A stretch of DNA of 64,000 bases from Candidatus Latescibacterota bacterium (GTDB lineage: Bacteria > Latescibacterota > UBA2968 > UBA8231). Below, piece by piece: positions 58,790 through 64,000 of this stretch. The notes under the pieces are model-generated. The model made no database searches, was not told the DNA's origin, and saw nothing but the letters and a program-made list of their open reading frames with translations. The DNA lies in the NCBI GenBank assembly GCA_965215195.1, contig CBDCDC010000002.1, positions 224,001 through 288,000 on the forward strand, read 5' to 3'. Each line of letters starts with the position of its first letter. The stretch's first letter is position 1. A program made the position numbers and the translations under genes.

Positions 58790-60739
58790 TCAACCCCAGA
58801 ATATCACGTTCCAAGTCATGCCAGTGAAGTGATCGACGATCAGATAGAAGCCGCCGGGCGTGAAGTAGCCGAGGATCATCCCCATGAAAAAAGGCCGCGT
58901 CTTCAGGTAGAGCCGCACGCCCCCGTATTTGAGCACGAGGACCTTGATTCCCCAAGCGATGAACATATTGAACCACAAGTGATCCATGATCCAGATCGGC
59001 CCGATCACGTAGCCCAGCGGATGCAGGGGCCACCAGACGTAGAGCCAGCGCGCGACCATCAATCCGGTCATAATCGCCGCGCCAATCCCCATGTTGATCC
59101 AGCCCCAGCCGTAGAAATCAGTCGGCGTGCGGAGGACCTTCTCCACATAGCTGTAGTTGCCGCCGCTCCAGATCCACAAGTTGATCGCTCCGTACTTGTG
59201 GCTGAGCAGCATCACCATCCACACGGCCGCGCCCACGGCCACGACCAGGGCCAGCACGATGATCCAAAAGAGCGGCCGGCGGTTGCGCCCCAATTCCTCG
59301 CCCAGCCGCAGACTGTTGGCGCAGGAGACCATGACGAAATTGCGCCCGGTGGTCCACAGGAAAGTAGTAGCCAGCACGACTAGGCCTTGGGTGCTGATGA
59401 CCGACGAACCCACCGCAGACACCAAAATCCCCGCTGGTACCACCGGCGGCGAGCCATCGGAAAGCCCGCCCTCGGCCACCACCCGCGAATAGCCAAAGAT
59501 GATGACGACGCCCAAGAAGAGAATGGCCAGCCCGAAGGTAGGCGGCAGCCCGGCCAACCACAGCCAACCCACTATCGTCAGACAAGAGGCCGTCAGCACG
59601 ATCAGGGCCGCACGGTAGGAGAGGATTTCGTCGCTGTCGTCAATGCTCGGGTCGCCTTTGAACGCCTTGCGCCACACGCCCTTTAGATGCTTGCGCGCCG
59701 TATAGATGCCGCCTAAAAAGAGCACGAGAATCGCGCCCATTGACTGGTAAGCCAAAAAGGGATCGCGTACTGCGTGGCCGGCCCCCCCGGTCTCGCTACT
59801 GACCACGCCCAGCATGCCAAAAATGCCGCGCACCGCAAAAGAGAGCAGGTTGAAAAACCACAGGCTAAAGGCGATATCGGTCTTGAGAAAGTAGAAGAAG
59901 CCGATGATGTTGAAGCGCAGGGCGACGTACAGGTCGGCCGTGCGGCGGAAAACCGGCACATCCATGCGTATTGGATCGACGTCTTGGGCGATGGGGATGA
60001 TCTCGGGAAAGTAGTTGTACAACCCGTGCAACGTGCCCCAGAGTGCGGGGATGGCAAAACCGGCCCACATGACGGGGTTTTTGAAAAAGGGGCTTAGCTT
60101 TTGGCTATCTTCGCCCTCCTCGGTCATGGCCAGCGGCACCTGCATCAGCGGGTAGATCAGCCGCTCGTGCTCAATCCACTGTTTGCGCAGGATCGCCATG
60201 AAGGAAATCATCATCAAGAAGAGGGCGCAGATAAAGGGCGTCCACACCCACATCACGCCGCGCCAGACTGCCCAAGGAATCGGTTCGCCCCGCCCACTGC
60301 CCTCGTAAAACTTGCGGGCGGTCTCCAAGTCGTGCACCATCAGCCAGTCCGGGATATAGGGATGGATCAGTTGCCGCCACTCGTTTTCGGCCGTGGCGTA
60401 GTAGAAGGGATAGCTAATGGCGCTGAGGAACTTGCCGACGAAGAGGGTCGGGATCGGCGAAGCCATGACCATCATAACATAGACGACCAGCAGTTCGCGG
60501 CGATTGAGTCCCAAGCGCGGGTGGACGAGCTTGAGCAGGGGATTGATAAAAAGGGTCACTAGGAAGAGGATGAACACCGCCCCAGGCATACTGGTGCCCA
60601 AGGCCATAAAGGAGCCGTGTAAATAGAGGGTGCCGTAGGCGGCCCCGGCCGACACGCTGAAGGCCCCGGCGCATCCGACCAGCACGGACTTGACGGTAAA
60701 AGCCGGTGCTCGGTCCGCTTTCTTGGGCGCTGTCAGCAT
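58790..60739 (-). CDS. Polytopic membrane protein, DUF6785/DUF6784-like (putative transporter)
   Basis: ELLVVYVM, W.VW, LRKQW..HERL.YPL, SLWFF, RVVAEGG, WWPLHPLGY, KYGG..LY...RPFF.G. Confidence 0.8.
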   Translation of the reverse strand: MLTAPKKADRAPAFTVKSVLVGCAGAFSVSAGAAYGTLYLHGSFMALGTSMPGAVFILFLVTLFINPLLKLVHPRLGLNRRELLVVYVMMVMASPIPTLFVGKFLSAISYPFYYATAENEWRQLIHPYIPDWLMVHDLETARKFYEGSGRGEPIPWAVWRGVMWVWTPFICALFLMMISFMAILRKQWIEHERLIYPLMQVPLAMTEEGEDSQKLSPFFKNPVMWAGFAIPALWGTLHGLYNYFPEIIPIAQDVDPIRMDVPVFRRTADLYVALRFNIIGFFYFLKTDIAFSLWFFNLLSFAVRGIFGMLGVVSSETGGAGHAVRDPFLAYQSMGAILVLFLGGIYTARKHLKGVWRKAFKGDPSIDDSDEILSYRAALIVLTASCLTIVGWLWLAGLPPTFGLAILFLGVVIIFGYSRVVAEGGLSDGSPPVVPAGILVSAVGSSVISTQGLVVLATTFLWTTGRNFVMVSCANSLRLGEELGRNRRPLFWIIVLALVVAVGAAVWMVMLLSHKYGAINLWIWSGGNYSYVEKVLRTPTDFYGWGWINMGIGAAIMTGLMVARWLYVWWPLHPLGYVIGPIWIMDHLWFNMFIAWGIKVLVLKYGGVRLYLKTRPFFMGMILGYFTPGGFYLIVDHFTGMTWNVIFWG

Positions 60740-60763
60740 CTAGCTATGCGTAGTGCGGGAGAA

Positions 60764-61579
60764 TCAGCCATAAAACTTGGCAACCAACTCGGCCGGCTTG
60801 CCCTGTACCGTCGCCGGCGCTAGGGCCTGTGCCCCGAAGACTATGGGAAAGGTTTGGCCGGTGTCGAGGGTGCGGGTCGCGGCGTCCATATAGGTTGCGC
60901 TGAAGGCGCGGCGGGCCGACGCAGTGGAGTTAGTCCCCGAGCGATGCAGCAGGAAATTGTGCAGCAGAATGGCCTCCCCGGCCTCGGCTTCCAAATTGAG
61001 CACCGCCTCCGGGGGCGCGTATTCGGGCTCTTGCTCGGCCGGGAGAAAGTGCCGCTCGTTGATGATGCCGTGCTTGTTGCTGCCCGGCGCGATCTGCATG
61101 CAGCCAGTGGCCACGGTCGCGTCGTCGAGTGCCGTCCACACGGTGACGATGGGATTGGTGTCAATGCCCCAGCCAATGCCCACGTCTTGGTGCCAGGGCA
61201 GTTCGCGGCGGAGTTCGGGCGGCTTGTTCATAAACATTGAGCGGAAGACCGAGACCTCCGCGCCGATGTAGCGGCGGGTAATTTGGTGGAAGAGGGGATG
61301 CTGGATATAGGCGAGGAAAAGCGGGTCCTGCTCCAAGTCGTCGATGCGCCGGTACGCGAGCGTCTGCATCTCGTTGCCCATGGTGCGGCGCACTTGGCCG
61401 CCTTCTTCGACGACCTGCAAGCGCATGTGCTCGTAGCGGACGCGGCCCAGCATGATGTCGTCGATGCGCTGCTGCAAGGCGGCCAATTCGTCCGCGCACA
61501 GGACGTTGCCCAGCCGCACGTAGCCTTGGGCGAAAAACTGCTCGTGGTGTGCATCGTCAAAGGTGGAAAGAGCTTGCAT
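60764..61579 (-). CDS. Phytanoyl-CoA dioxygenase (PhyH) family Fe(II)/2-oxoglutarate oxygenase
   Basis: F..QGY, MNKPP, WHQD, VWTALDDAT..TGC...PGS and HRSG.N...RRA. Confidence 0.92.
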   Translation of the reverse strand: MQALSTFDDAHHEQFFAQGYVRLGNVLCADELAALQQRIDDIMLGRVRYEHMRLQVVEEGGQVRRTMGNEMQTLAYRRIDDLEQDPLFLAYIQHPLFHQITRRYIGAEVSVFRSMFMNKPPELRRELPWHQDVGIGWGIDTNPIVTVWTALDDATVATGCMQIAPGSNKHGIINERHFLPAEQEPEYAPPEAVLNLEAEAGEAILLHNFLLHRSGTNSTASARRAFSATYMDAATRTLDTGQTFPIVFGAQALAPATVQGKPAELVAKFYG

Positions 61580-61646
61580 GATGCGGTCTCCTTTTTTTAG
61601 ACAGGGTATAATACAATCTCTAGGGTGCGCTCGTGCAATGCCGAGC

Positions 61647-63248
61647 TCAAGGCTCGTACACGGTCAGGACTTGGTCGGCCGCGACGTCTTGCAAGCGCTG
61701 CACAGTGCCGCTGGGCCAGCGGATTTCCACCTCGTCGACGCGGGTGCGGTCGCCCAATCCGAAAAAGGGGCGCAGCGCGCTTTGGCACATGTAGCTCGAT
61801 CCGGCGCGCACCACGTCCCACCGCACCCAGTCGCCCGCGGCCACGCGCACCGCGGCCCCGATTGAGTCCCCGACCAACCGCAAGCTCAAATAGCGCCGGG
61901 CATTGCCGCCGTCGTTGCGCAAGAGCGCGGCGGCTTGATTGTTGTTGGCTACTGCGATGTCGAGGTCGCCGTCGCTGTCGTAATCGCCCATGGCCGCGCC
62001 GCGGCTCACTTGCTGCAACCGCAGGCCTGGCCCCACCTGATTGCTCACGTCGGCAAAGTGCCCTTGGTCCTCGTTGCGGAAGAGTTGGTTTTGCTGGGCG
62101 TACGTCACCGCGTCGAACAGGTGGATGTTGTCGTCGAGGTGGCCGTTGGCCACGAACAGGTCGCGGTCGCCGTCGTTGTCGTAGTCGATGAAAAGGGTGC
62201 CCCACGCGAGGAACTGCAAGCTCGGAACGCCCAGCCCGGACTGAAAGGTCACGTCGGCGAAAAACCCGTTGCCGAGGTTGCGGTACAGGCTGTTGGTCTC
62301 CCATTGGTAGTTGGTGACGAAGAAGTCGAAGCGGCCGTCGCCGTCGTAGTCGCCCACGTCAACCCCCATGCCGGCCAGCGGCTTGCCGGCGTCGTTATAG
62401 GCCACCCCGGCCAAAGCGCCGATCTCGGCAAAGCGGCCGCCGTCGTTGCGGTAGAGCAAGTTGGGAGTGCGGTCGCCAGCCGCGTACAGGTCGAGATCGC
62501 CGTCGGCGTCGTAGTCGATGAAAAAGGCCCCTAATTCTTTGGCGGCATCCGGCAGCAATCCGGCTTCCTCGGTGACATCGGCAAAGGTGGCGTCGCCTTC
62601 GTTGCGATAAAAGACGTCGCGCTGGGCCTCAAAGGCCTCTGGGCCGCAGTACACCGCAATCCCGCCGGAGCGGATGCAAGGCTCGTGTATTTGCGGGCGG
62701 AACTTGGCGTAATTGGCCACAAAGAAGTCCAAGTCGCCGTCTAAATCGTAGTCGGCAAAGGCCGCGCCCGTACTCATGGCCGGGTTGACTAGGACTGGCC
62801 CGGCCACGCCGGCTTGGTCCGTGGCATCCGCGAATTGGCCGGTGCCCTCGTTGCGGTAGAGGATATTGGGTCCGTACGCGGTGAGGTACAAGTCCAAGTC
62901 GCCATCGGCGTCGTAGTCGGCCGCGGCACAGCCCAGCCCGTAGCCCGCATTGGCCACGCCGGCTGGGCCGGTGGCATCGGCGAACGGGCCGGTGCCCTCG
63001 TTGCGGTAGAGTGCGCCCGGCCCGGCGCTGTTGACGAAGTACAGGTCGAGCCACCCGTCGCCATTGTAGTCGAAAAAGGCCGCGCCCGAGCCCATGGTTT
63101 CCATTGGATACTTTTGCCCCTTGGCCCCATTCTGATGGCGAAAGGCGATCCCGGCCTCGGCTGCCACCTCCACAAACTGCACCTCGGCGCGGCCCAGCCC
63201 GGCCCACAGGCACCCGAGGGCGATCCCTAAGAAGGCGCACCGGGTCAC
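61647..63248 (-). CDS. CRTAC1-like FG-GAP repeat plus ASPIC/UnbV protein
   Basis: ETMGSGAAFFDYNGDG, AGMGV..GDYD.DG, ANGH, SRGAA.GDYD.DGD and IRWPSG; GTG start overlaps the upstream stop. Confidence 0.9.
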   Translation of the reverse strand: MTRCAFLGIALGCLWAGLGRAEVQFVEVAAEAGIAFRHQNGAKGQKYPMETMGSGAAFFDYNGDGWLDLYFVNSAGPGALYRNEGTGPFADATGPAGVANAGYGLGCAAADYDADGDLDLYLTAYGPNILYRNEGTGQFADATDQAGVAGPVLVNPAMSTGAAFADYDLDGDLDFFVANYAKFRPQIHEPCIRSGGIAVYCGPEAFEAQRDVFYRNEGDATFADVTEEAGLLPDAAKELGAFFIDYDADGDLDLYAAGDRTPNLLYRNDGGRFAEIGALAGVAYNDAGKPLAGMGVDVGDYDGDGRFDFFVTNYQWETNSLYRNLGNGFFADVTFQSGLGVPSLQFLAWGTLFIDYDNDGDRDLFVANGHLDDNIHLFDAVTYAQQNQLFRNEDQGHFADVSNQVGPGLRLQQVSRGAAMGDYDSDGDLDIAVANNNQAAALLRNDGGNARRYLSLRLVGDSIGAAVRVAAGDWVRWDVVRAGSSYMCQSALRPFFGLGDRTRVDEVEIRWPSGTVQRLQDVAADQVLTVYEP

Positions 63249-63496
63249 GTGCGCTCGGAGTCCGTGGCGGCTTCGCTGGCCCCGCGGCCGGCGACCATGT
63301 TGCGGATCATCTTGGCCACATCGCCAAAGCCCTTGTAGGCGACGGCGGCGACAATGCCGTAAAAGAGGATGCTGGCGGCGATAAAAATCGCTTGCCAGAC
63401 TTCTTGCCAAGGCATCAGTCTGAGTTCGACGTAAGCCGCGATGACGACGAGGATTAGGGCACTGCGTCCGATATCTTTCCAGCGTTGTGCTTCCAT
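63245..63496 (-). CDS. Small two-TM membrane protein (symporter accessory-like)
   Basis: Two hydrophobic segments; directly downstream of the symporter. Confidence 0.7.
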   Translation of the reverse strand: MEAQRWKDIGRSALILVVIAAYVELRLMPWQEVWQAIFIAASILFYGIVAAVAYKGFGDVAKMIRNMVAGRGASEAATDSERT

Positions 63497-63500
63497 TGCA

Positions 63501-64000
63501 CTACTCCATGTTGCTAAAGTCTAGAGGGCGCGGCGGGTGCGAGCGCTGGGTTATTGAGGCCACGACCAGCATGGCGAGCCCGCCCAAGGCGAGGCTGGTA
63601 AGCCCGACGAGGTTGGAGTTTTCGACCAACGGCAGCAAAAACTCGGGCACCCAGTCCTGATTTTCGGTCATAATTAGGAAGTTGAGCGGCACCAGCGCGC
63701 CCAATATCAGCGCACAGTACGCACCCGGGGTATTGGCCTTTTTCCAGTATAGCCCCAAGGCCACGGTGCCAACGCAGCCGGAGAAGTAGATGCTGCCGGT
63801 GACGTACATAAAGCGGAAGGCCGTTTCGGGAAGCTGGTAGAGCGCACCGAAAATGGCCAAGAAGGCCGCGAGGATGACCACGATGGCCCGGGTCCAGTAG
63901 ATCTCGCGCTCGCTCGACAGCCCGCCCCAAGTGCCGTCGGCCTCGCGCTCACCGCTCGACTTGGCGAGCATGGCCTTGATCGGCGAGACCACGTCGCGGA
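63501..64000 (-). CDS. Sodium:solute symporter family protein (C-terminal part; runs off the window)
   Basis: LGLYWKKAN..GA, TGSIY.SG, several TM helices and terminal LVVAS.TQ. Confidence 0.8.
   Translation of the reverse strand, partial: RDVVSPIKAMLAKSSGEREADGTWGGLSSEREIYWTRAIVVILAAFLAIFGALYQLPETAFRFMYVTGSIYFSGCVGTVALGLYWKKANTPGAYCALILGALVPLNFLIMTENQDWVPEFLLPLVENSNLVGLTSLALGGLAMLVVASITQRSHPPRPLDFSNME

Overview
GC-rich bacterial window. The gene content suggests an FCB-group lineage such as Latescibacterota/Gemmatimonadota, possibly a host-associated symbiont (inference only). From left to right: trpA, an SDR and glgC; then a Pho-regulon region (secreted beta-helix-like protein, TonB-dependent receptor, porin, pstSCAB-phoU-phoBR, with 11-bp-period Pho-box-like repeats). 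That region is split by a ~15 kb tandem array of seven two-domain LRR lipoprotein genes whose distal 24-aa LRRs vary in number and are hypervariable at the exposed beta-strand positions. The array spacers carry three MITE families, with filled and empty sites and target-site duplications. Next come a hicBA toxin-antitoxin pair, an FG-GAP/ASPIC-UnbV gene with an in-frame TGA followed by a SECIS-like hairpin (candidate selenoprotein), and a decayed PLD-helicase fragment between two DUF4926 genes. The window ends in a ~24 kb minus-strand run: sodium:solute symporter, CRTAC1-like protein, PhyH dioxygenase, DUF6785-like membrane protein, three FlgD/CHU_C-tail paralogs, a large exported protein, a CBM9-like protein, lipoprotein, PPIase, TPR, MFS-spermidine synthase fusion and catabolic enzymes. 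No rRNA, tRNA, CRISPR array, transposase or reverse transcriptase was recognised. All family assignments come from motif recognition by eye, not database searches.
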